A stretch of DNA of 64,000 bases. Origin: Bugula neritina. Its lineage: Eukaryota; Animalia; Bryozoa. Position 1 is the stretch's first letter. Every line of letters begins with the position of its first letter. A model generated the notes under the pieces. The model saw nothing but the letters and a program-made list of their open reading frames with translations, did not search any database and was not told the origin of the DNA. The translations under genes were made by a program, and so were the position numbers. This document shows, in pieces, positions 40,701-54,236 of the stretch. The stretch spans positions 13,568,642-13,632,641 of the forward strand of contig OZ037770.1 of the NCBI GenBank assembly GCA_964035545.1, in the 5' to 3' direction.

Positions 40701-42411
40701 ACGTTAAATCTTCATCATGCAAAAATAGAAGTCATGTGATGCAAAAGTGTTTTCTAAGGTTAAACTCAATGCTTCAAACTCAACCATATTATACTCAACA
40801 TAATATTTAGATATTTGGAAGCAATAGTAATAAGTTTAAATTTTAAATATTAAATTTTTTGTAGAAAGCAACTGAAGTTAAAACTTACGCCTGAGGCTAC
40901 GTTTATGTAAAGATAGTAGCCTGCAGCACTGCCCACATTTTGATCTGTGTCGGGTCCTGTACCGAAAGTGGGCGTAGAACCTGTACCACGTGACCACTGA
41001 AAGGTCACTAAACTTGGGTCAGTTTCATTGAAGATTGTTCCACTCTGACACAGTCTATTTCCAAAGTAGCAAGTCACTGATGTGAGACCTGGATAAATAA
41101 CAATATTTTTCAAATTCCTGAATACCTTAACACAATCACAAGAATTTTAGAAATTTGCTAAACAATTTATTAGTTTAGAAAAACAATTTTATGCTCCTTT
41201 GGTGATTAGCAGTTTTTATATATACCTGGACGCTTGTATGGGTGTAGCAAAATAGACGTAGCAAAAAATTTTATAGACTGTAGAAAAGGTAGATGAGAGA
41301 TTTATCATTTACCCTTTCCACATTTTATAGCAAACAAAGTCTCTATTTCTGTATTATGAAATCTATTTTATAATACTCAGAACTTTACCAATTCAGTAAC
41401 TTTCAAGTCTTTATTCTATATTATAAAATGTGTTTCCACCATGTGTGCAACTCAATAAATATGAAAACATTGTATAAAGGGCACTAAAGAGTCATAAAGA
41501 CTAGTATCAACTTCATATTTTTAATAAACTTTTATCAGTAGGGCAGCAATTCTAAAACATTAAAGTGAAATAGTTACCTGAGGCATGTTGCACAAGTAGT
41601 AAGTAAACCACCACTGAGAAATCTACAAAATATTTAAATTTCTACAATGGCATTGACAATCAACTTATATAAAATAAAAATTATTATCAACAAAATCATT
41701 TGCAACTTTGACATGTGCAGTAACTTGCTGATCTAGCTGGAAAGTTTAAAAATATTAAAGTGTTCATATAGTAGCTTTTATGCTGGTTTTATATTCAAGG
41801 TTAGTAGTAATTATCATAAATTTTGATAAAACCTAAAAAGTTGAAATCAATTCTTCTATTTCATTAGACTGAGTTGCATATAAGTAATTACCACAACATT
41901 AATTATTATTGTGTCAATAAAATTGGTAAATTATAGTTATGGCAGTTATTATAAGTTTATTTATATATTAATATTGTTAGACTAAGTCATAATGATCACG
42001 ATTTCACTTGCAGTTGCTGCTACACCTACAGTTAGTGTTACTAAGTGACACAGTTATACTTACTATAGCTTTTTCAACTAAAATATGGCTACGTAAACAA
42101 TGGCTACAGTTATAACAAAATGCAACTATAGTATAAGTATAATTCAAATTGCAATGATTATAATTATCAATGAATTAGATATAATCTAAATTATATTAAA
42201 AATTCACTAATACTTAGTTATAGTTAATGTTATTACTTATTAGTTACTGATTGATTCATACTCATAGACCATAAGGCATAGACATAGTCATAGTTAATGT
42301 TATTAATATTGTAAATATTAATATAATCATGGTGATGGTTTGACTCATTAACTTGAAGCTATTGAACAATTATCAATTAAACTTACAACCAGGAGCGTTG
42401 GGTGAAATCAT
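21731..42411 (-). CDS. Large single-pass receptor: SP-MAM-MAM-Thr-rich stalk-MAM-CUB-MAM-CUB-TM-long Tyr/Pro-rich cytoplasmic tail
   Basis: Signal peptide exons 42411-42387 and 41622-41578. MAM motifs: [20 protein letters not shown]...GYYLY (41088-40889), VNFWYHAKG (40489-40262), GDIAIDSV (~39609-39471), FNWLRTRG...[10 protein letters not shown] (~39300), [10 protein letters not shown] (~36150), [12 protein letters not shown] (~32091-31931), DFALDNV (~30000), [11 protein letters not shown]...TGP (~28550). CUB motifs: [11 protein letters not shown]...WTITV (29720-29541), [16 protein letters not shown] (~29150), [10 protein letters not shown] (~27120), [13 protein letters not shown] (~26250). 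TM exon 24974-24800. Tail exons 24550-24263, 23762-23655, 23017-22895, 22717-22664, 21862-21731 (...NPPLYKE*). Confidence 0.9.
25698..25798. repeat. (TATAT)n pentanucleotide microsatellite; a similar degenerate tract lies at 19740-19925
   Basis: attatattatattat... visible directly. Confidence 0.9.
28665..28820. repeat. (TA)n-rich microsatellite
   Basis: tatatata runs. Confidence 0.9.
38205..38421 (-). mobile_element. tRNA-derived SINE (copy 2)
   Basis: Reverse complement reads gtctaggagttagaacatttgcttagtaaacacaaggtcgtgggttcgagcccagacaaaggcc...gttaggaagagtatccagtcataatt...cccatctgattaagtcctt, collinear with 1279-1490. Confidence 0.8.
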
Positions 42412-43639
42412 GGTTTAGATTACTGCCGAATTTGTAAGTTAAAAATTTAGAGTTAGCATCCACCTCGTGCACTCAACCACTCTTTCATCGTCAAATTAAA
42501 GATGGCATCAGTGCCAGGCTAAAAACGGACGACTTTGAAAAGAAGAAACACTCGGTGTTTATACTAAACCTGCTATGGCAACGAGTGTAGAAGCGTGGCG
42601 ATTGGATGACAGTCGGCGGCCTTGTTCAAATTTTTATTGTAGTAAATAGCGAAATTTCGGATGCATTACATGAGAAAACAATTTCCATGACAAACATGTT
42701 TTTAAACGGAGTGCTTAAAACTCCCAATAACAGGTAAGGCAGAGGAGTGGAACTATACACAGAAAAACATTTAAAAATGAAACTGAGCAAAACAATCAAT
42801 TGCAAGAACAAACAAGTGGCCGTTTATAACCAGTTTAGTCCATTTGGCAGGCATGTGCAAGTTAAACCAATAACAGAAAAAAGCATTGTTATATGGAGTT
42901 TGATAGCACATGTGCACATTTTATCAACTTTTGCCAATTTTTGTGCAGTGAAGTTGATTTTTTGACAAAAGAACTTTAATGCTACTTTGTTTTGACTTTT
43001 CCAGCACACTGGCGCGACAGATATTGCCCCATCCACAATACCCGTTTGGAGAGAATGTTGATAGAAACACATTTCAGAATTTGAATTCTTCGGCAGTTTC
43101 AAGTATCTTTCAATTTTTAAAAGCAAAAACATCATAAAGCTAGTTTTTAGTTTGTGTTTTTTACTATATTTAATTTTCATCATAATAATTTTTTATTGCC
43201 ACAAGATATTAGAAAATACAACAAATCAAGAGAAAATAACTCTGTGCAAAAAGTGAAGGGACCAGAAATTGAGCAGAATCATACATGGTGAAAGATAAAA
43301 ATAAATATCGTTATAAATGTTTTTAGTAAAATATTGTAAACATATTAATTATTGATTTAAATTTATACATAATGACCTGCAATAAGTATTATCATTTTTT
43401 GTAAAAAGATAAAAATTGGAAATCTAAAATCTAATGAAGATAAATACTATACAATATAAAAAGTGAATAACGAATATGGTTGTCATATAAACTGGTATGG
43501 ATAGCTCATGAAAATATCTTTGTTTTGCAGTATATCCAACAGCCTTGGGTAATAAACAGATTGTATGGATTGTTTGGACATGATTTGGAGCACAACTCCC
43601 AATAAAATTGTATAGAATCACACAGTCTAGGAATTTGGG

Positions 43640-46600
43640 CTACAAATGGGTTACACTCTGCTTATGCTTCAGTTTACCAAATCTATTTGTAGCTGCAACT
43701 ACACTTCTGTTAGAGGAAGTCGACGTTCGTATAGCCTCAGAGGACGGTACAGAAGTTAGCCTTAGGTTATCAATGTCTGGTGTTAGAGTATGGCGATTGT
43801 CTTCATAGCTGTCTAAGTCCTCAGAGGTATTGTCTGTTAGGGAGGGGCGCCTACCGTCCCGCATGGTTACAGTGGAGCTGCTTGAAGATGAGACCATCGC
43901 GTCTTGATAGTCAGGATAATGGGACAGGAAGTCGTATAGGTTTGATTGTGAGATATTGTTAAGTAGCGTCTCGATAGCCGCTAGCTCGTACTCCAACGCC
44001 TGCAATGCAAAGAATCACGGGCTATTTTATGAAACTTTCTGATGTATTAACTTTTTACAGTTGCAGCTCTCTACATTTCTTTTACAAAAGCTATATTTCG
44101 CAGTCTAAATGTACTTCCTAAGTATTTAAATGTATTACATGTATTGCACTATTACTAGACACAAGCTGCAAAGAGAAAACAACTTCCTAGCAGGTCTGTG
44201 GTATTATTGGATACATCCTTGTAGTTGATGGACAAGGGCAGATGTGAAACTTTGAAATGGAGGCAAGAAAACTTGAGCTAAGAAAACCAGACAAGTGAAA
44301 GGCATAGCACATTCTAGAACAATACTAAGCTGAGTGACTACCCCTTCACATTGGCTAGTAAAATAAGCTCCACCCACCTGCTTCTGTCTCTCCATAGACC
44401 GCAACGTAAACACTTTCTTGTTATGTTGGGAGTTTTTCCGAGTGAAGCCAGCGCTGGCCATAGATTTACGCAGTTCAGATTGTCTCCTAGTGGTGGCGTC
44501 TGTGCCTATAATGTCAAGGTCGGCTTCTCTGATGGACGTTACAAGATGGCGGAGTGCTTGGTTGGACTCCATCCGAGAACGGAGCTTCACCGGGGTGAGC
44601 GTGGAAGACTTCTTGGATCGGATCTTGGCAGGAACAACTAGATAATCGAGAGCACAACTTCAATTAAACAGAACACGAATCAATTTAGAAGTTGTCTACC
44701 ACCTTTTACTTTAAAAGCTGCATTGTAGAACATACTATTACATGGTTGAATAATATATAATTGCATAGCAGAACAAACTATTATATTGTTTAATAACTGA
44801 TAGACACTAAGAAGAGGATATAGTCTAGCACAGGGATGTTAGGAAGTGTCCCTGTACCACATTAGAGGTCCTTAGGCTTAGCTATAGTTCTAGACAAAGT
44901 TTATAGTATAGACTTAGTCTAGAATTATATAGTCTGCTTAAAACCAGAGACGGTGACAATAAACAGAGGGCTGAATAGGTTTGCTAATAAAGTAGTTATT
45001 AGAATTCATTGTATGAGAGAAATTGAGTTTGCTTGTAATCAGGTAAAGGACACAACTCCTAAGTAGTATGCACATTCCTTAGAAATGATCTCAGACTTTG
45101 TAGCAGCTGTTGGCAAATGTCCAGAAAGCAGATTAAGATTGTCACAGGAAACGTGTGCAGCAACACAGTGTGTTATTTTAATGATTAAAGTGTGAATCAT
45201 ACAGTCATTAAAAACTCTGCAAGGTGGCCTTCAATACCATTCTCAGCTACCATGATTCACTGGTTACAGATGACTAATCAATTTTTAGTTCATTAAACTA
45301 AAATATCTATATAACTATCCTACTACTGCTAGTGCTAGTACTACTATTGCTAGTGCTAGTACTACTAGTGCTAGTGCTACTACTACTGCTACTGCTAGTG
45401 CTACTGCTAGTGCTACTGCTAGTACTACTACTAGTACTACTGGTACTAGTAATAGTAGTAGTAGTAGCAGTAGTAGCAGCAGCAGCAGCACTAGTAGTAG
45501 TAGTAGTAGTAGCACTACTACTACTGCTGCTACTACTAATACTATTACTAGTACTATTACTATTATTATTATTACTGCTACTAGCGTTACTGAAGTAGTA
45601 CCACTGCCACTATTATCACTAATGATATCACTGCTACTACCACTTCTACTATAAAGATTTATATAGTATTACTGTGACTATTACTATTACTATCGTACTA
45701 ATGATTTCAACATTATAGCTGCATCATCTACTAAATGAAGAACAGGTGCCCTAGTGTTCACCCAACTGTCACACACCATATACAAAACAAAGCATAGAAA
45801 CTATCAACAGTTTCTAAGAGAATATCATGTTCAAAAGAACGGGTGACTGAATCACCGCCCCATATTTCAGAGATATGCACCAAGGCTAGCAACAGATACA
45901 GTGTGAAGCAGTATTTGCCACACTCTATACTAATATGTGATAACAAAAAGTTGTGACTGAGGCTATGCTACTTACTGAAGGCAGGCTTAGTAATTTCCCC
46001 GCTAAAAGATATCATGTGGACAAGTAAGAACACAGTCTATGAGCCCCCCCCCCTTCCCTTTACTGTACAAGTGTTACTCCACTATTTTATTCATATTTAT
46101 TAGAATTCCCTTTCCAACTATTAGTGCATATATTATAATCAACAGCTTTATCTCAGATTATGCAGAATCAGTCACTGTCTATATTGATTGGAATAAATTA
46201 ACTAAAGTTAATTACATGGCAATATAAATATACAATCAAGTGCACATCTCACTGACTTATCTTTCACAATGAGAGCTTTTTAACACCGCTGATAAAGAAA
46301 GAATTATTTATTTCCCCTGGTAGGAGTTTTGGTACACAATATTAAGACTCATGTCCCCTGAAGGAAAGCTTTTTGAACACCATATTAGGATTTATCTCCC
46401 TTGAGTAATATTTCGTACAAAATATTAGGAGCTATTTTCCCTGAAAAATATTTCGCATACAATATCATGACTTATCTCCCCTGAAAGATATTTGATACAC
46501 AATATTAAGACTTTTCCCCCTTAATATGACATTTCGCACAGAATATTAGAAATCATCTCCCCTGATACTCACCTAACTCCTCGGAGATGGTAGATGAGTC

Positions 46601-49600
46601 ATCCATCTCATCAATGTCGGAGTAGGCCTGACTGGTGCGGCTGCTGTAGCCACTGTTGACGTCAATCCCGGAGGAGCTGGCACTGCTGCCGGACACCGTG
46701 TAGTCAGCTGAGGCAGCGTAGGGGAAGGGGTACTGTATCGCGGTGAGGGAGAGATGATTTATCCATCTTATCTTCTCCTCCTCACTCTTACACTTGAAGA
46801 GGAAGGTTGTGCCCTCGTTATATATCTTGAATGCCCTGTGATAAGAAATCAACATATCGGTCCATTTATCACTATTACATTTATTTGTTATCTCGAGGAG
46901 CTGAACTAAAAACTTTTTGTTGGCTAATTTGTTTTGTGTTGTATGTCAACTTCGCAGCAGATAAATAAAAGTTGTAACTAGTAATTGTATAGTTTTATAT
47001 TATAGATATCAATAGATATATGAATGGATGGAATGATTATCATACAACTCTGTTAGTAAAAATCTAATGAATGGCGTTACATCAGCACAGGGTCTATGCT
47101 TGCACGAAATGACTCAATTTCCAAATAGAATATCTCAATTATATGAAAATCCCTACACTATTCAATGACCACAGCAATGATATAAAAAATTTGATAGCCT
47201 TAACTTCCCTGTTGCTTATTGACACTGTTTACTAAACATGTCACATGAATAATGATTCTGAGTCACTTTGAATTACCCTGACGGAGCTGATTGGTTGAAA
47301 CTCATTAGAGCTGTCACTGAGAAGTTAAACATGCTGCCAGATGCTGCTAATTCTGGCAGCACCTAGAAGTATGACTCTGAGAACCACGTTTACGCATGAA
47401 AACAGTTCACACATTAACATGAAAACAGAGCAGTGTCAACCGAAGTGCAAGTCAAACAAACTAAGCAAATAAGCAACCCAACAAGGAAGTGCATTTAGTA
47501 GAAGATATTGAATGAGTATATTTTCACTTGCGATACAGTCACTCCCCCCAATGTGTTCACTCACAATGCACGAGAGATCGCAGTCTAAATTTTTGTAAAT
47601 AAAGCTTCTTTCATCACCAAAGAATTACTGCAGTTTTTCCCCAGCTTTTAGTTTACTCAAGTTTGACCACTAGAGACTTCAGTTATCCCCCCTTGTCACA
47701 CAAGCATGACGAGAAACTCTGTTTACTGATAATAGCCAGCCTACCCCGTCTTTTTGGTTTCTGTTGCTTCCGACACTCTGAACGCCGGTAAGTATATTCT
47801 GCTGCTTGCAACTGTATCCTGCAGAAAACAGACAAGGTCAAGGACAATTATCAGAATGTACAGATATTAAGTAGAGAGCGAGTTTAGCCATTTACATGGG
47901 TTGTTCTTTATGGAAATATGAAAGGCCCAGCAGATAGCATTATGGGAAGGTACAGATTAGAGCTTTCGTACAATGAAAGTGCACACATTTTCAAGAAACA
48001 TGTGTTACTATAAGAAAACAGTATGCATTTACAGCACACTTTTACAGTACACACTTACACTACACATTTACACTACACACTTACACTACACACTTACAGT
48101 ATACACACTTACAGTACACACACTAACAGTATACAATACACACACATTCCACATGTGCACTCTATGAAAATCTGCCAACCACACATCATCTCACGAAAAC
48201 CAACTAATTACTGAAGTTCTTGTCTAAATATTCAAATAGTTGAGTGTGTGCCAACATTTCCAGTTACTTCCTCTGTGATAACATCAGTACAAGCCGGCCA
48301 TCATAGAATTTAGAGGCCACAGGCTAATTTTTTTACTGTGGACTAGTGATAATTTAGCCTGTGTTCCATAGTTACTAAATATCTCTAGTGTTGGAGGAAA
48401 TAAAATTACAAGACTAATATTCTAACTTGTCCCAAACTACTAGCACTTTGAGACAAGCGGAGGGGGGGAGGGGCAGTTGTAGAATATGATAGCCTTAAAT
48501 CATCAGATATTCCTCAAGAGAGAGTAAATAGCAACGTTCTAAGGCTTTCCACTGGGCAAAGTCTGCCTTTAGGAAAAAACATTTGACTGCCGGGTCAACG
48601 TTGCGAACATTTCAACACATGTGGCATATGTTACAGGAATGTACAGACTGGTTGTATTGAATATAAACAATTTATTAGCAGCACTCACAGTTCAGCTAAC
48701 AACTTCAGCAACATTTCAAAACTCAGGCATGTTTCTATACAGTGAATGCAATAACTTAGAATATCTAAAAAACTAGAAATTAAATTCTTATGGTGAAAAA
48801 GATGCAGCATTATCAGGTCAGTTAAGCTGCTAACTCAGGGTTGTCCAACCTTGTCAGACCGAAGGCCACCTAAATGGAATATTTCGGTAGCAAGGGACGA
48901 ATAGTAAACTTAAGCTTTTCAAATTAATTTATACCAAATACCTATGGTAAACTTTAGCTTGAGTTGGGGGCCACTCAAATAACTGTATTCCAAATACCTA
49001 TGAATCATTACACAATGAGCTCTCAATAATTACAGCAGGCTGCATGTTTTGTATCATGTAAATAAGACATTTAAAGGTGGCTTCTTACTCCAATTCATAT
49101 TAGTGTGAAAAATATTTTTAGTTTTATGCTTTTGAGGGCCACATACATGTAGGCTGGGGTCACCTGGGGTCGCCTGCTGGACAGCCCTGTGCTAGACTAG
49201 CTAAGCTGCTAGGATGTGCTAGAACATTTGAAGTTGTCCCCTTACCATCTGGTCGTCGTAGACAAACAGATCAGTATCTTTGATGACACACCACTTGGTG
49301 CATTTGTCCCACTTGGCTTTGCGGGGCTTCTTGGTCAGCAGCCACCCCTGGAGGGCCCCGGACCCGAGATCTGCACAGGAGACTCTGCGGCTCACTGGAA
49401 ATAATAGTCATATTATTAAAACATAGCATATTACACGGACAAGTGGAGCACGTCCCTTACAATATGCAGCAAACAGTAGAATACTATAGCTTCAATTCTG
49501 TACAAATAACGGTGATAATAGAAAAAGAAACAAATCAAAAGTTCAGAGATAAGTTATCTATAACATTCTTATGCCAAGTTTTGACTCACAAAAACCTTTT

Positions 49601-50189
49601 GACACTCACTACAATGAACAACTTCATTACCAATTAGAATTAGAAAAGTCTTAGTAGTCTTAGTAACAAATCGGTAACATTTTACCTACTGCTAGATCGT
49701 TTTCAGACCAAAAAACACTCTTCAACAATAAGTCCATTAGCATATCAAGCTACTACTGAAGCAGTAAGAAGAAATCTACACACATCTTTATCTACTCAAA
49801 TCAGATGCTCTTATAAAAGCTGATTACAAATCATTCAGCCATAAAGATAAATTACACAACAATGAAAGGAGGTTTTTAAATCACAAACTTCTATTTTTTC
49901 ATGCAATTTGTACGTAGCAAATCAGAGTGAACCTTTGGAATCAAACAACTTCCTTTGTACTGTTCATTGCATGTGATTTGATATACATACCTCCGGATAG
50001 TTTGGGTTTAGTTCGACATTTCATGGAGTTGACTCCCCCGCCCACAGCCTTAGGTCTGCGGTACACCACCTCTTGTTCGGGGTCCTCTGGTATAGCAGAC
50101 CCTGAAGTTCTCTCTGGCGAGTTCCATGGTGAAGGTCGACTTTCACTCGGAGATTGTGTCGCTGCTTTATAAGACAGGCTTTTCTTCAT
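43640..50189 (-). CDS. IPCEF1-like protein (C-terminal CNK-type): PH domain plus C-terminal helical cytohesin-binding-like region
   Basis: Exons 50189-~49991, ~49395-49247 (VSRRVSCADLGSGALQGWLLTKK...KWCVIKDTDLFVY), ~47818-47745 (YLPAFRVSEATETKK), ~46836-46573 (AFKIY...TTFLFKCKSEEEKIRWINHL), ~44638-44378 (ALRHLVTSIREADL...NKKVFTLRSMERQKQ), ~43999-43640 (ALEYELAAIETLLNN). These match the CNKSR/IPCEF1 pattern RRISCKDLG..CQGWL and the C-terminal helix. Confidence 0.85.
45317..45700. repeat. Compound (ACT/AGT/GCT/ATT)n trinucleotide array with internal strand switches
   Basis: actactgct... runs switch to agtagtagc... and back. Confidence 0.9.
46300..46565. repeat. Degenerate ~40-bp tandem repeat just downstream of a donor site in the PH gene
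   Basis: Repeated ...tcccctga...atatttcgtacacaatatta(a/g)ga units ending next to the donor at ~46572. Confidence 0.7.
48025..48150. repeat. Low-complexity tandem repeat (tacacacttacag)
   Basis: Visible directly. Confidence 0.8.
48836..49189. mobile_element. hAT-type (Charlie-like) MITE
   Basis: TIRs cagggttgtccaac / gctggacagccctg (12 of 14 match). Flanks tgctaact / tgctagac resemble a degraded 8-bp TSD. Confidence 0.6.
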
Positions 50190-53100
50190 GGTGCTGTCGG
50201 AAAATAAAAAAAAGACATAACAGCAGCGACAGCAGTGACTGTATACAACAAGCTAACCTGCAATTAATCTATTTCCAATAAAAGTTACTAAAACTAAACA
50301 AATTTTTGTAATTTCAAAACTTATGTTTCGAAAAAATCAATTTAAACTTGTAAACTTACTGCAAAGTAAGAGTCAGGTTATTACATAACGCTATCAGTAC
50401 TCAGTTGCCTACTACAGTTAGGTAAACTTTATCACAGCTAGGTAGTTCTCCTAGTTTGGTAGGAGATGATATATAGTTATTAGTTAGTAGGCTAAGGGAG
50501 ATTTAATCAACTAGTGATGAGAGATGATAAGGAACACAAAGTAACAACTACTAAAATTACCAGCTTGCATTGTGGTCCTATTTCACAAGCTGGTATAAAC
50601 AATGATTAACACTGGCATATGTAGAATTTAAGATTAACTAAATCAACCACAACTAACAGCTACATTTCTCAATCTTTGATTTGATAATTTATGATTTCTC
50701 ACAGCTGAAGGTTAACAAAGGCGGTAGTGTTTAATGCTTACTTAGGCAGTGACATAATGGACTATATTTCACAAATATTGATTTAATAAAGCAGAAAACA
50801 AAGCTTAGAGGTCTTTTATGCTTGGATTGAGTAACGTGATATCTGAATAATACTGCCAGTTAGACAATGACATAGTAATGACTTTACGATGAATAAGCAT
50901 TTACTACTTGGGGTGAGAGTAACTAGACACTTTGAGCGATATTGACTCATACTAGGAGTCAAATTCATATCTCTAGTCTAACTGAAAGTGATGAGTGAGA
51001 GTTGTCACACTGAACAGTTACCCAATACGACACTGAAGAAGCACGACTATTGCTAATACAATATATTATCATATGAAGTGCTAACAATAACCGGGCCCAT
51101 TTATTAATTTAGCACATCTTTAGGAGTCCACAACCTGATTGTAAAAAGTTAGAACTGCCTTTAAAAAACACTTTCTTCTATAGTTAGTGCTAGTAAATTA
51201 TACTATCCTGAAAATGAAAATTGCCCAGGAGAGTTGTGCCATTTTTATTGAGATTTGAAGGGGGTGCAGGAACAGAGAAATTGAGAAAAGCCTGTCTTCC
51301 AGATTAGAACAAAACCCAAACCAAAAGTTATTAATGAAATTAAAAGTCTTGGGCTATTTAAATGTTTTCACTACTGCACCAATTATGAGATCTAAGATGA
51401 CATAACGTAATGCTGCCTCTTACCACACCATCAGCTGCTGACTTCACGGATGACACCAGAACATGGGCAGCGCAACACCGTGATTGGTCCACTGTGCCAA
51501 CTTACTACAAGAAAGATAGTCTATGAAGTAGCAGAATATCTAATCCTAAGTTGAGAATCAACAACAAAACTTTATGATTTGTAAAAAAGAAAAAAACAAA
51601 AAACAAAATTTTATTTTTTAAAAGTGTTAATTATGCATACCCCAGTTTACTGTAATAAAATAGTATAAATTTTTCCCACACTAAATTAATATTCCACTAT
51701 TATTATTAAATTATGATTGTGTTGCTTTACCAAAATTACTACAAGGAAATGAGACTCTGATCAAATTAATTTTTAGCAATATAAATACCATTCCTACTAA
51801 TTTTAAGTACCATATATCTGTGAAAAATGATGAAATGAATCTTAGAAAAACATCTTTAAATCTTTTTTTATGTGAGAAGATATTCCAAATTAAAAACTAA
51901 ATTTTAATTAAAAAAAATTTAGTAAAGCAAATGTCATAGGGTGCATCTAATGCCATAATAAAACAACACACACATATATACGAGGCATAGACTTATAGTT
52001 ATAGCAAATCTTTTTGAAAACAAAATATTTCAAAGCTGAACTTATCAATTATTAACCATATTATAAACTACTACAATATAATTGTTTTGTCAGGGTGAAA
52101 ATTATTCAATTATTCAACCAGCAGCTTGTTTATGACTTTATCAAACTTTTTTGCGGTATATTCCTTACTCCCATACCAATTACCATTATGATTAGGATTA
52201 TGATACTGATAGCAACAATTACATTATTATTATACTGTGAGTATCAGTATACCTATTGCGATTAGTATTACTATTAGTATTGCTATTAGTATTAGTATTA
52301 GTATTATTAATAATATTAGTAATGATCAACCATAAATGAGAGTGTATCACTGCAACTGTAAGTGGAATCATAATGACTAATGAGTATGGCGAAGTCTCAC
52401 GAGTAATGACTTGGGAGTCTTGGGCTATCAGAGTATCACTATCACTACGAGTATCACTGAGTATGAGTATGACAACACTCTTACATTTACTATTACATTT
52501 ACTATTAGTATTAGTATTACTATTACTATTATTACCTCAGTTGAGGTAGGACTTCCGCAGCAACTGGAAAGTCTATAGGGAAGCCTCTAGTGAAAACTTA
52601 CATTAGTATTACTATTACATTTACTATTAGTATTACATTTACTATAGTATTACTATTACTATAAGTATAAGTATAACATTAACTATAGTATAAGTACAAT
52701 ATTAAATTTAAAATTAAATAATTTATAATTATATTTATTAGTATTACTATTAGTCTATTACTAAAACAGTAAAAGTAAATGATTTGAGTAAATGAAAATG
52801 AGAAGCAAGTAAATACTAAATTAAAATACTAACTAGCAAACTGTAACTTTTATGTTTAGTTTGACTTGTCCGGTGTTCACACTCTTGCAATCTTTTCTCT
52901 ACTACTATTAGTATTACTATTGCTATTAGTATTACTATAGGGACTACGTCGTAGTTTCAGCCATATCGCTCAGCCAGTGTTCTACAACATGCTGAGGTCA
53001 CTAAAATTATAACCCTTCGACATCGAAAAGAGCGCATAGCATGTTATTCTAAACGACAAGTGCAATTAAACTGGAGCAAATTAGTAGCACTATCGATAAA

Positions 53101-54236
53101 ACCTTACCAAATAGACTATGGTTTACAGCTATACCAGCCTAAACTACAATAACTCAATTATAGCCAAATATTGAAAATAAGAGTTGACAACTCTTACAAA
53201 TTACCATTGCACTATAATAATACATCTTATATTATTATACTATTTAATCAACAAAGCTACCATTTTCTCTATAAATTACGAGACAAGGGCTTCTTTATTG
53301 AAACTTTGTATACTAACAAGTTTAGTGGTATTATTGAAGCTTTCCATATAATAAGCAAATATGAAGCTATAACTTGCACTAACACTGCTAGAGCTAGCGA
53401 TGATATCTTAAGAATCACAGTATTCTTGCTTCTAGGAAATATATTTTGGTTGGGAGTTTTTAAATTTAGTTGTCAACTTCCAAGCCATACATAACACACG
53501 TGAAGATTATTTTATAGATATTCAACTTGCAAACGTCAGTAATTTTTATTCCAGGTCTATAAAGCCAACCAACTTAACTTTAACCCTATACTTTGCACAT
53601 CAACAATGACTTGAATACATGAGCATGTAGCACACATTTTATTTTTTAAATGTTACAAAAAAATAATAAAAATATGATGTTTAATGAAAAAGTTATAAAA
53701 GCTAATGCAGTTGAATATTGTTACATCTTTTACAGAGTTAAAGTACACGTTGAGTTATAAAGTAGATGATTGGTGAGCATAAAGAATACAAAATCCTTTG
53801 CTAAAAATACACGAGATAAAGTATTAAAAATAAACAACTTCCAACTTGAAATTTAGGATTACAGAACTTTCCAAATGCAAGTGCATACAGAGCAGCCATT
53901 TGAAATATAAAGTTGAAATTGCAAATAAAATAAATCACATCAAAACATGGCATAACTCCAAAATATTATAAAACTTTATTAGCTTTAATATAATGTAGAT
54001 TACATCATTTATAAGAAGTGATATTGATTGGCCATACAGATAAATGTGGTGCCCACTCAATCGAATTAGGTGAAACTATAGAAATACAGGTACAGTTACA
54101 CATATCTACTGAATGATGTAAAGTTATGAAGACAGAATATTCATAATTGAATGATAACTAGCTATACTATGGATATGATAAAATTTACTGATTTAGCATT
54201 GTTTTATAGCACTCTTAACCTGCAAGTTTTACATGT

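Noticed and set aside
45315-45598. Poly-Leu/Val ORFs on both strands that look like membrane proteins
   Set aside because: Artefacts of the trinucleotide array, inside an intron of the PH gene.
53171-53494. 107-aa plus-strand ORF, and similar AT-rich short ORFs (7203, 42824, 62622)
   Set aside because: No recognisable motifs, intergenic or UTR-like composition and no supporting splice structure.
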